Source: an uncultured Roseiflexaceae bacterium
GTDB taxonomy: Bacteria; Chloroflexota; Chloroflexia; Chloroflexales; Roseiflexaceae
Reading direction: 5' to 3'
Length of the DNA: 64,000 bases
Assembly: GCA_937988885.1 (NCBI GenBank)
Contig: CALKHR010000034.1
Coordinates: forward strand, 23,310 to 87,309
The notes under the pieces are model-generated. The model was not told where the DNA came from, ran no database searches, and worked only from the letters and a program-made list of their open reading frames with translations. Shown piece by piece: positions 1 to 8,132 of the stretch. Numbering within the stretch: position 1 is the stretch's first letter; every line of letters starts with the position of its first letter. Made by a program: the position numbers and the translations under genes.

Positions 1-1
1 T

Positions 2-967
2 GTGTACGTGTTGGTCGGTCGGCTCACTGGCCTTGACCACACGCGCGCGAGCCTGGCCACCATCAGCACGCTGATCGGGCGACTGGATATGGGGCCAGCG
101 CTGCGCAGCATCGCTCAGGTGCGCGAACTGCCCCGCCGCCCCCGCTACAGCGTCACCTCGAGCCATCTGGGCAAACGCAACTACTCGCGCTATGACATCG
201 AGCACGCCATCGAGCAGGGCTTGCGTGAGCCGTGGGTGTTCGTGCCGAACCGCCCCAGTGAGACGGCGCAGATCGGCCAACCCGCGCAGGACCTCGATCT
301 GCGCGTGCTGTTGGAGGACGATTGGGCACTGGTGGGCCTGCGGCTCGGCACCACACCCCTGCACCGTCGGCCCTACAAAGTCGCCAGCCAGCCCGGATCG
401 CTCAAAGCGCCCGTGGCCTACTGCTTGGCGCTGCTGGCCGACCTGCAGCCCGACGACATTGTACTCGACCCGATGTGCGGCGCGGGCACCATCCTGATCG
501 AAGCGCGCACCTGGCTGCGGAATGGCCGCTTGGTGGGTGGCGACCTGCAACCGAGCGCGTTGGCCTTCGCCGCCGAGAATATGCGCGCCGTCGGCCTCGC
601 CGTGCAGACAGTTGAGGAATCGGCGGTGGCGGAGGCGTTGCACACTGCGCCGTCCAGCTCGGCGCTGCTGTATCAGGGCGATGCGCGGGGCTTACGCCTG
701 CCCGAATCCAGCGTCCAGGCCGTGATCACCAATCTGCCGTGGGATCTGCAGGTGGCGGCGGGCGATAATGTCGCGGCGTTCTATCAGGCGGCGCTGCGCT
801 CGATCGCGCTGGTGTTGGCTCCGGGAGGCAGGGCGGTGCTGCTCAGCACGCAAATGGAACAGATGCAGGCAGCTCTGGCCCGTCGGCCCGAACTGCGCCA
901 AAACGATAGCTTCACCATCAGCCTGTTTGGTCAGCATCCCGCTGTGGTGCGTTTGCAGCGGGAGTGA
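2..967 (+). CDS. THUMP-domain class I SAM-dependent RNA methyltransferase (RlmL/Trm14-like), 5'-truncated by window edge
   Basis: ORF open from window start; SAM motif I DPMCGAGTILIEA and N-methylase motif IV NLPW; GC-rich native context. Confidence 0.7.
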   Translation: MYVLVGRLTGLDHTRASLATISTLIGRLDMGPALRSIAQVRELPRRPRYSVTSSHLGKRNYSRYDIEHAIEQGLREPWVFVPNRPSETAQIGQPAQDLDLRVLLEDDWALVGLRLGTTPLHRRPYKVASQPGSLKAPVAYCLALLADLQPDDIVLDPMCGAGTILIEARTWLRNGRLVGGDLQPSALAFAAENMRAVGLAVQTVEESAVAEALHTAPSSSALLYQGDARGLRLPESSVQAVITNLPWDLQVAAGDNVAAFYQAALRSIALVLAPGGRAVLLSTQMEQMQAALARRPELRQNDSFTISLFGQHPAVVRLQRE

Positions 968-977
968 GAGGTGCGCG

Positions 978-2072
978 ATGAGCGAGTGTCAACTGTACGA
1001 GTTTGTAGCGCTTGAGCAGTCACTCGATGCCAAAGCGCTGAAGTATGTGCGGGATCTATCGAGCCGCGCCCATGTCACCGCCACTCATGCACTATTCACC
1101 TATTCCTATGGCAATTTCCCTGCGGACCCATTAAACGTGTTAGCCAAGCACTACGACATGTTGCTGTACATGGCCAACTGGGGCACGCGACAATTAGCAT
1201 TTCGCTTTTCCAAGGGCACACTCGATGCCAAAGCGCTAGCGCCATACTACAACGGCACCGACGAAATCGAGATCAAGACCGTCGGCCAGTACGAGATTCT
1301 TGACATAACGATTCGTGATAATGAAGGTGGCGGTGAGTGGCTCTCCGACGAAGGGCAGATAGCGCCACTGATTGCCTTGCGCGGCGATTTGATGCGGGGC
1401 GATTTGCGGCTGTTGTATTTAGCCTGGCTCGCTGCTGCGATAGAGGAAGATCAACTTGAGCCGCCGGTGCCAGCGGGTCTCAACGAACTCAGCGCCCCGC
1501 TGCGTGCGTTCATCGAGTTCATCGGGATCGACCAAGATCTCGTTGTGGCGGCAGCCCGCGCAAGCGCTCCGCTCAAGGCCACCAAAGAGCCGATCGAGGA
1601 ATGGCTGCGACTGCTCCCCGCCACCGAGCGCGACGCGTTTCTGTTGCGTGCGGCGCAGGGCGAACTGATCAACGGCCCGCTGCTGCGGCGGCTGCGTGAG
1701 CTTGGTGGAGCTACCTGGCCGGATATCTCCACAGATTCACGGCGCAGCTTAGGGGAGATCATCGAACGCGCTGAGGAAGTTCAGCGGCTGCGCAAACAGC
1801 GTGAGCGCGCCGAGGCCGAAAAGGCGCGCCTTGCGAAACTTGCGAAGCTTGCCAAGCGCGAGGCAATGACGTGGGGCGAGGTCGCGGGGTATTTGACGAC
1901 GCGCAAGGCGTATGGCTACGACAAAGCCGTGGAGCTATTAGGCGAGTTGCATGAGCTGGCTGTGCACGAGAAGCGAGTGGATGCGTTCAACAAGCGCTTG
2001 CAGGAAGTGCTTGAGCCATACGCCAAATCGAAAGCCCTGCAGGAACGCCTGAAGCGGAGGGGGTTGTTGTAG
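978..2072 (+). CDS. hypothetical protein with C-terminal charged coiled-coil (KARLAKLAKLAKRE)
   Basis: Long ORF (track 768..2072); first ATG after upstream gene stop at 978; no recognisable family. Confidence 0.45.
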   Translation: MSECQLYEFVALEQSLDAKALKYVRDLSSRAHVTATHALFTYSYGNFPADPLNVLAKHYDMLLYMANWGTRQLAFRFSKGTLDAKALAPYYNGTDEIEIKTVGQYEILDITIRDNEGGGEWLSDEGQIAPLIALRGDLMRGDLRLLYLAWLAAAIEEDQLEPPVPAGLNELSAPLRAFIEFIGIDQDLVVAAARASAPLKATKEPIEEWLRLLPATERDAFLLRAAQGELINGPLLRRLRELGGATWPDISTDSRRSLGEIIERAEEVQRLRKQRERAEAEKARLAKLAKLAKREAMTWGEVAGYLTTRKAYGYDKAVELLGELHELAVHEKRVDAFNKRLQEVLEPYAKSKALQERLKRRGLL

Positions 2073-2142
2073 CGTCTTTATAGGAGGAAGATTTGCTTGT
2101 TCGATTTCGATGGAATGAGCATATCTTCCTGATCGAACATAT

Positions 2143-2171
2143 TTGCGAGCAATTCGACCCTTTTGTATAAT
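2143..2171 (+). promoter_or_regulatory. sigma70-like promoter TTGCGA-17-TATAAT, about 300 nt upstream of yhhQ-like gene
   Basis: -35 TTGCGA 2143-2148, 17-nt spacer, perfect -10 TATAAT 2166-2171; at the GC-drop boundary of the island. Confidence 0.3.
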
Positions 2172-2471
2172 GCGCGCGGTCATTTCTGCGCTATGCCATC
2201 ACGACTCCTCAAATCTCTATGCATCGTCGCACTTCCTCAAATGACAGTAGCGTTTTGACTGTAACGTTCAAAACGTGTCATCGTCGCTATAATCAGTGCT
2301 GAGTACTGGTGGAAGAACTACAGTGTAGTAGCGCATTGTTGTGCGCTGGTATCACCTGTGCAACATCGTGCGGTTTGAAAGAAAGAGAGGACAATTCGTC
2401 TCAAACTTGTTGGGAACGGTTGCCTAGGATGTTGAGTTCAAGTGTGCTGCTAATAGATAAGGAGGTTGTTT

Positions 2472-2999
2472 ATGGCGACTAAGGCAAAGTTGGGGATCAT
2501 TGCATTGATCAGCTATATCCTCACCATTTTTGCTGCCAATGTTGCAATTTCCTTGATAGGTGTTGTTCCTGTAGGTTTTGGCCTCATGGCCCCTGCTGGC
2601 GTTTATTTTGCTGGCCTCGCTTTTTCGCTGCGTGATGCTATTCAGGAGACGCTTGGGCGCCGTTGGGTTGTTGCCGCAATTTTGATCGGTGCGCTGGTTT
2701 CAGCGTTCCTTAGTGCACAACTCGCGCTTGCTAGTGGTATCGCATTTCTTCTAAGTGAGCTAGCTGATTTTGCTGTCTATACCCCACTTCGACAACGCTC
2801 TTGGTTTGCCGCTGTTGCTGTAAGCAACACTGTTGGTGCAGTAGTTGATAGTGCGTTATTCTTATGGTTAGCCTTTGGATCGCTAGAATTTTTGCTCGGC
2901 CAGATCACAGGTAAGCTTTGGATGACGCTCCTTGCAGTGGTGCTCATTACAGTGTGGCGGCGTTGGCAACTCAAATTCACCGCCTTCTCTCATAAGTAG
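2472..2999 (+). CDS. yhhQ: queuosine-precursor (preQ0/preQ1) transporter, VUT/YhhQ family (DUF165) integral membrane protein
   Basis: 175 aa, 5-6 TM helices, YhhQ-like sequence pattern (GLAFSLRDAIQE, FLLSELADFAVYTPLR); RBS AAGGAGG 6 nt before ATG 2472 (track ORF 2466..2999). Confidence 0.55.
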   Translation: MATKAKLGIIALISYILTIFAANVAISLIGVVPVGFGLMAPAGVYFAGLAFSLRDAIQETLGRRWVVAAILIGALVSAFLSAQLALASGIAFLLSELADFAVYTPLRQRSWFAAVAVSNTVGAVVDSALFLWLAFGSLEFLLGQITGKLWMTLLAVVLITVWRRWQLKFTAFSHK

Positions 3000-3044
3000 G
3001 TATTCGGTGAACTGCGAGACAACCATCTCGTTCAACAAATGTGA

Positions 3045-3632
3045 ATGGAAAAGGCAATGAGGATTCTCAACGTATCGGATCGCCAGATAACGTATGATGG
3101 CCGACAACTCGCGCCTCATTGGCTCTATCGTACGTTTAATCTATGCGGGGATGCTGCAGTGACTTTTATCGGGCCATGCAAAGTTGATCTCAGCGAAATG
3201 GTCGATATTGAGGATGTAAAAAATGCAGCGCCAATCTACAGTCCAATGATGCTTCATGTCATTGCTGAATTTTTTGGTAGTGACTTGCATCAAACAGTGT
3301 ATCGTCAGCGATTACTAATCGTGACTGCTAAGGAGTGGTTAGAGACCAAAACTGAGCGATCGGTGATCCGTAAGGGCGATGATCTCTACTTATCCCGTGC
3401 CGATGGAACCTTGGGTAAACTCTCAGTTTCAATCGCCACAGCAAGTATCACCTCAACTCTCATCCACACAGGTTTCAATATTCAGACCGATGGTACACCA
3501 GTGCCAACGGTCGGTCTCGCTGAACTTGGTATCGATCCGACTGAATTTGGCCAGGAATTGCTTCTGCGCTATGCAGAGGAAATTGAGGATATTTGGCTCG
3601 CCCGTTGTAAAGTGCGTGGGGTCAGCGAGTAA
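3045..3632 (+). CDS. hypothetical cytoplasmic protein (195 aa) inside the deazaguanine island
   Basis: Intact ORF, low-GC codon usage like its neighbours; no T-fold CxxxHGH or QueF motifs; family not recognised. Confidence 0.4.
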   Translation: MEKAMRILNVSDRQITYDGRQLAPHWLYRTFNLCGDAAVTFIGPCKVDLSEMVDIEDVKNAAPIYSPMMLHVIAEFFGSDLHQTVYRQRLLIVTAKEWLETKTERSVIRKGDDLYLSRADGTLGKLSVSIATASITSTLIHTGFNIQTDGTPVPTVGLAELGIDPTEFGQELLLRYAEEIEDIWLARCKVRGVSE

Positions 3633-3659
3633 ATACCCTCTCTTCCTAGGAGCGTAATG

Positions 3660-3691
3660 AGTGCTGTATTTTCATACGTTTCTGGTATGAT
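3660..3691 (+). promoter_or_regulatory. extended -10 promoter (TGgTATGAT) upstream of DUF328-like gene
   Basis: TGgTATGAT at 3683-3691, 62 nt upstream of ATG 3753; weak -35. Confidence 0.25.
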
Positions 3692-3752
3692 ACGCGGCTG
3701 GCACAGAATCTTAGGGTGCTAATGGGATGGTTGCATCATTCATGAGAAACGT

Positions 3753-4499
3753 ATGCGCTTGCTGATCCTAAATTGTTCTGCTCGCAAGCATGGCAGTGAA
3801 GATCTCATTCCTGCAATCGAGCGTTATGATGGTCCTGTTTGGCAGTTGCTGCGCAGTTATTTGCGCGACCATCAGCCTATAGTGCCACCTTTAGATGTAT
3901 ACGTCCTTTCAGCCGCGTTTGGCCTGATTCCTGCGGACAAGCCCATTCCCTGGTACGATCAAACAATGGATCCAGCACAGGCAGAATTGCTGCGTCCCTC
4001 GGTGTTGGCAACCTTCAAAACATTGATGCAGCGGGGATATGATCAACTCTGTCTTGGTTTGAGCCAACGGTATCTGCAAGCCATGCAAGGTTGGGAAGCT
4101 GTGGTACCTGTAACTGTACAAGTGACACTCACTGATGGCCCAATGGGTATGAAGTTGGGGCAATTACGTGCTTGGCTTAGGGGCTATGAATGGCAGCGGA
4201 ATGTTGAGCAACCACAACGCCTTGAGGCTGCTGAGCAACCGCGTGGTGAAGCTGTGATTGGTGGGGTAGCGCTTCGTCTCTCACAGGAAGAAGTTTTGGC
4301 TCAGGCACGCCTGGCGCTGGCGAATGATACAGTAGGTGCACAACGACGGTATCGTCATTGGTATGTGAGAATCGATGGAGCGCCTGTGGCCCCGAAATGG
4401 TTGGTGAGTCAACTGACCGGTTTGCCAACAAGCGCATTTGATGCGGGTGCTGCTCGTCGAGTATTGTTAGCGCTCGGCTTTGATATTGAGCATGTCTAG
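3753..4499 (+). CDS. DUF328/YaaA-like protein (DpdC-like) with extra about 70-aa C-terminal domain
   Basis: N-terminus LILNCSARK matches YaaA LILISPAKTL; LSAAFGLIPADKPIPWYDQTM matches YaaA [21 protein letters not shown]; 248 aa. Confidence 0.5.
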   Translation: MRLLILNCSARKHGSEDLIPAIERYDGPVWQLLRSYLRDHQPIVPPLDVYVLSAAFGLIPADKPIPWYDQTMDPAQAELLRPSVLATFKTLMQRGYDQLCLGLSQRYLQAMQGWEAVVPVTVQVTLTDGPMGMKLGQLRAWLRGYEWQRNVEQPQRLEAAEQPRGEAVIGGVALRLSQEEVLAQARLALANDTVGAQRRYRHWYVRIDGAPVAPKWLVSQLTGLPTSAFDAGAARRVLLALGFDIEHV

Positions 4500-4546
4500 G
4501 GCGCTCTGAGTTTGACAAGAATACCTACCAGACCTAGATCCTATCT

Positions 4547-4596
4547 AAAGATGTCGAGGCTTTGCATGATCGGCGCCTCGACATCTTTATTTTTAC
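4547..4596 (+). terminator. rho-independent terminator (14-bp stem aaagatgtcgaggc/gcctcgacatcttt followed by ATTTTTAC) between convergent genes
   Basis: Perfect inverted repeat 4547-4560 / 4575-4588 followed by T-run; stem shares the GATGTCGAGGC core of the dispersed palindromic repeat. Confidence 0.6.
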
Positions 4597-4608
4597 ATTG
4601 ACCAAGTC

Positions 4609-5781
4609 TTAAGCTTTAAGAGTCGCGCTCATTTGGAGTTGTTGATACAGTTGCCACGTATTGTGGAAACCTCGGCGTCGATTGCGGTTGTTACCACGGA
4701 AGATGATAACTTCGATGCCAATCTCACGACAGATACGGCATGGGCATTCTTGCCAAGGTCGGGCTTCAAGCGTTCGACGATAATCACTCTCTAAGCGTTC
4801 GCCTGGTGTTGTCCAAAGCGATGCGTACGCGAGTGCGTGCCGCAACGCTGCTTCTAATGTCGCTTCTCCTCGATCGTATGCACGTAGGATATTGAGGAGA
4901 TTTTGCTCTTGGCGAGAGATCTCGGTCTCATCAGCGTTTAACTTGCGAGCCAGGGTACGAGCTTCGGGGACTCGAATAGCTGTAAAGGTGAGATCACCAA
5001 TAAAGTAATTGCGGCGTCCATCCATCCAAGCGCGTCGGAGACGTGAAGCGCTATCGAAACTTGTCACCCCTAACTTCGCGAATTCTTGAATTTTTTCAGG
5101 GCGATTAACACCAAACAGATGAACTTGGGTGTCTAATCGTAATTCAGGCTGTATTTCCTTAAGGATGCGAAGAATCTCATTTGTTTGACTGCGAACCAAG
5201 CCACCGATCGCAATGTATTGATACCCCATGAGTAGCAGTTCGTGCACTGCTCTGCGATAGGAATCTGGACTCCACCCTTGAGCTACGCCGATAGGAGTAA
5301 AGGTATAACCACCGCTTTTGTGCAATTTGAGGAACTCCTCATTATTGCGCATGGTGATATTCCAGCGGCGCTCCTTTTCATCTTCGTGTTCTGCAAAAAT
5401 AAGATGATCGATCGAGACGCCGAGATCGAAGCCAAGGGTTTGATAGTATTCGAGCATTTCGGCGGTTTGATAAGGAGGCTCTGGTTGATCCCAATAACTA
5501 AACGCTCCGCAATCGCCGAGAACAAGGTGTTGTGCATCCTTAGGCCAACGCAAATAATTGTGTACTGATCCAAGGCTGACGATAGTTGCTTGCTTGCGAG
5601 TGTTATCTTCAATGACAGCACGTGAGAGTAACAGACCATCGTAGGGAGGGTCTGGATAGATCTCATGAGCATAACGATCATCTTGGTAAGGGTTGCGACC
5701 GACAGTATGAGTGTCTGTGAGAAAGTCATACCCGGGATCAACGCGGTCATCCCAGTCGGGAATATAGTATTGTATTGACAT
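4609..5781 (-). CDS. tRNA-guanine transglycosylase-like protein (DpdA-like 7-deazaguanine DNA transglycosylase candidate), 390 aa
   Basis: TGT-fold motifs: GDCGAF (substrate-pocket Asp region), GVAQGW, IAIGGL, zinc motif CPCRIC...H; no queuine-TGT signature. Confidence 0.65.
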   Translation of the reverse strand: MSIQYYIPDWDDRVDPGYDFLTDTHTVGRNPYQDDRYAHEIYPDPPYDGLLLSRAVIEDNTRKQATIVSLGSVHNYLRWPKDAQHLVLGDCGAFSYWDQPEPPYQTAEMLEYYQTLGFDLGVSIDHLIFAEHEDEKERRWNITMRNNEEFLKLHKSGGYTFTPIGVAQGWSPDSYRRAVHELLLMGYQYIAIGGLVRSQTNEILRILKEIQPELRLDTQVHLFGVNRPEKIQEFAKLGVTSFDSASRLRRAWMDGRRNYFIGDLTFTAIRVPEARTLARKLNADETEISRQEQNLLNILRAYDRGEATLEAALRHALAYASLWTTPGERLESDYRRTLEARPWQECPCRICREIGIEVIIFRGNNRNRRRGFHNTWQLYQQLQMSATLKA

Positions 5782-5805
5782 TGTTCATCTATCTATTTCT
5801 AATCG

Positions 5806-5837
5806 AAGAAAGGTTACTATAAGGTTCGACCTTTCTT
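5806..5837. promoter_or_regulatory. inverted repeat AAGAAAGGT-N14-ACCTTTCTT in divergent promoter region (candidate operator)
   Basis: 9-bp perfect arms 5806-5814 / 5829-5837 between the two divergent TGT-like genes. Confidence 0.3.
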
Positions 5838-5854
5838 GAGCGTGCTATCGTTTC

Positions 5855-5883
5855 TTGACAGATCATGAGGGGAAGGATATGCT
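5855..5883 (+). promoter_or_regulatory. sigma70-like promoter TTGACA-17-TATGCT for second TGT-like gene
   Basis: Consensus -35 5855-5860, 17-nt spacer, -10 TATGCT 5878-5883, about 95 nt upstream of ATG 5980. Confidence 0.35.
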
Positions 5884-5979
5884 ATTTTCGCTTGAGATGC
5901 AGCGTTACTGCTTTGTAGACCGTAAACATGCGCTCTGCATGATCTGTTTTAACCCCACCAGTTTTTAATATGTCTTCTT

Positions 5980-6876
5980 ATGGATTACTATGTTTCTTGG
6001 ACACACAGCGATCCTATTTATCAACAATACTTGGAAAATGTGCGGGCACTCGTCAGCCCTCCGAATGTGAATCGTACGTGGCATCCTAGCGATTGGGTTA
6101 CATTACCGAATGCTTTAATTCTCGATAGTGGAGCTTACCAATATCATCGAGAAGGTCGTAGCCCTGATCCCGCAGCGGTACTTGAACGACAACTTCAGAT
6201 GGTTGCCAACCTCACGATACCAGTAGGTATCTGCCATCTTGATGTGCCTTTGCCTGGTACACGCAACCTTGCAGAACTAGAGCGTCGCGTGGAACAGAAT
6301 TTAGTGAACGCACGTTGGCTGATACAAAGGGCTCAACAACTCGACTTGCCCTCGAATATTCGCCTGATCGGTGTAATTCAAGGTGCAACAAGCGAACAAA
6401 TTTATAGCGTCGCTTGTGTTCTCGCAGAACTTGGCTATCAATCGTTTGCTCTTGGATCATTGGCTCGTATGGTGGCATACGCGAAGGATGAACTGCTTCG
6501 GCGGGTTGAGTCAGCGCTTGAGGCTATTGGTTCGGGCCTGCATGTGCTTGGTGTGAGTTCCGCACCACTCCTTCCAGAACTTAGGCGTATTGGTGTCGAA
6601 TCAGCAGACTCAGGAGCTCCCATCCACGAGGCATGGCGCGGGGGAGTATTTTATAGCCATCCCTTCAGGCGCTATAAAATTGAAAGTCCTTATTTCAAAG
6701 AGTGGCAACGAAGTTATAGTTTTGCTGAACTTCTCTCTTCCCCATTGCCATGCGCTTGCCCTGTTTGTCAGCAAGATAGTAGCCAATTACTACAACCTCA
6801 AGGCAAGAAATTCGTTAACCTACGGGCGATTCACAACTATTACCACCTCGTACAGGAACTAGGCTCTTCAACATAG
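5980..6876 (+). CDS. short TGT-like protein (second DpdA-like paralog), 298 aa
   Basis: ALILDSGAYQY (TGT DSGGFQ-like catalytic Asp motif), VIQGATSEQ, zinc motif CACPVC...H; divergent from the 390-aa paralog. Confidence 0.6.
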   Translation: MDYYVSWTHSDPIYQQYLENVRALVSPPNVNRTWHPSDWVTLPNALILDSGAYQYHREGRSPDPAAVLERQLQMVANLTIPVGICHLDVPLPGTRNLAELERRVEQNLVNARWLIQRAQQLDLPSNIRLIGVIQGATSEQIYSVACVLAELGYQSFALGSLARMVAYAKDELLRRVESALEAIGSGLHVLGVSSAPLLPELRRIGVESADSGAPIHEAWRGGVFYSHPFRRYKIESPYFKEWQRSYSFAELLSSPLPCACPVCQQDSSQLLQPQGKKFVNLRAIHNYYHLVQELGSST

Positions 6877-7112
6877 CCCTAACGAGAGGCGAGTTTCGCT
6901 AATTTGTGCGATTGCCGCGCAAGTATACTCGACAGGGTCATGTAGGTCAAGAAGCCTTTTGGTAGATTGTATAAGTGGTTAAGTTGACATAAAATTAAAA
7001 GGCTTGACTATCGTTTTACCTAATGTACGACTCTTTGGCAGATCGACCCATCGAGTACTCCATGCCTAGAATAGATCTTACCAAACGCTATTCATACCGA
7101 TGGAGGTGCTCA

Positions 7113-8005
7113 ATGGATCGCGATGATTTTATCATCACTGTCTACTGTTTGGTGTGCGAGCAGTATCAGGCTATTTAGAGCCGCTATTCGCTCCGACGCG
7201 GGGATTTGCACCTGCCCTAATCGATGCCGAGGTGATCACACTCGAAATCTGTGGTGAGTACTTCAAGTTGAACACCGATCAAGACATCTTTGACTACTTT
7301 CGTACCCATTATCGGACTTGGTTTCCCGCTTTGACTGAACGCTCGCTGTTTGTTCGTCAAACTGCCAATCTCTGGCAAGTCAAGGCAGCGATACAGCAGC
7401 GTCTTACTCAAATCAGCGGTCAAGCTGCTGATCCGGTGCAAGTGATTGATACGCTGCCTTTACCAGTCTGTGCTCTCACACGCGCACCACGCGAGCGTTG
7501 CTTCACGATGCAGGCCGAGTATGGTTACTGTGTGGCCAAACAGATGCACTACTATAGTTTCAAACTTGGTTTGCGAGTGGCACGCTTGGGAATGATTACA
7601 TCGTTTCCGCTCTTGCCAGCCCGCCCACACGATACCAATATGCTTGACGATCTTGTCGATGGATGTACCGGTTTGACGCCAGCTGATAAAGGTTTTATCG
7701 ACGCGTTCCGTCAAGCCTTACTAGAAGAACGCCACGGTGTTCTGCTTGTAACGCCACCGCGTAAAGGGATGGCAGCCAGCAGCACGCCTGCTCTGCTGAA
7801 AGCCTGCCGATGCATCCGCAAGCGAGTGGAAATAGTTGCCTCGCAACTCACGGAACGATTTGCGATCTCGCGTATTCGGGTCCGTGATCTGTGGCACTTT
7901 CAGCAATGGCTGATACGCAAGGTGCTGGCGCGCACCATTGTGGTGTTTCTCAATCTGCAACTTGGTCGCGCTCCGCTTGATTTGGATAGCCTGGTCTCAG
8001 CTTAA
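7113..8005 (+). pseudogene. IS982-family transposase, disrupted by +1 frameshift near 7150-7175
   Basis: N-terminus MDRDDFIITVYCLVCEQYQAI (frame 0) runs into TAG; rest of the IS982-like DDE transposase continues in frame +1 from about 7153. Confidence 0.7.
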
Positions 8006-8132
8006 TTCTCTAAAAGTGTTGCACATTAGTATTACAACGCAGGGTTCAGGAAACACGGACTGCACTTGACCATAATAAGTGACATGGTATTCTCTCCTCA
8101 CAACGTTTCACACAATAGCAAGGAAGAACACC

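Noticed and set aside
2073-2140. Interleaved inverted repeats (ggaagat/atcttcc; ttgttcgat/atcgaaca) at the left island edge as possible att site or integrase target
   Set aside because: No matching sequence at the right boundary (13.4-13.86 kb), no integrase or tRNA gene nearby. Could be a terminator of the upstream gene instead.
2172-2471. preQ1-I riboswitch call upstream of the yhhQ-like gene
   Set aside because: No match to the compact preQ1-I consensus (5-bp stem, UUC.UAGCUA loop, A-rich tail AAAAAACUA) or preQ1-II features by eye. Kept only as a hypothesis in findings.
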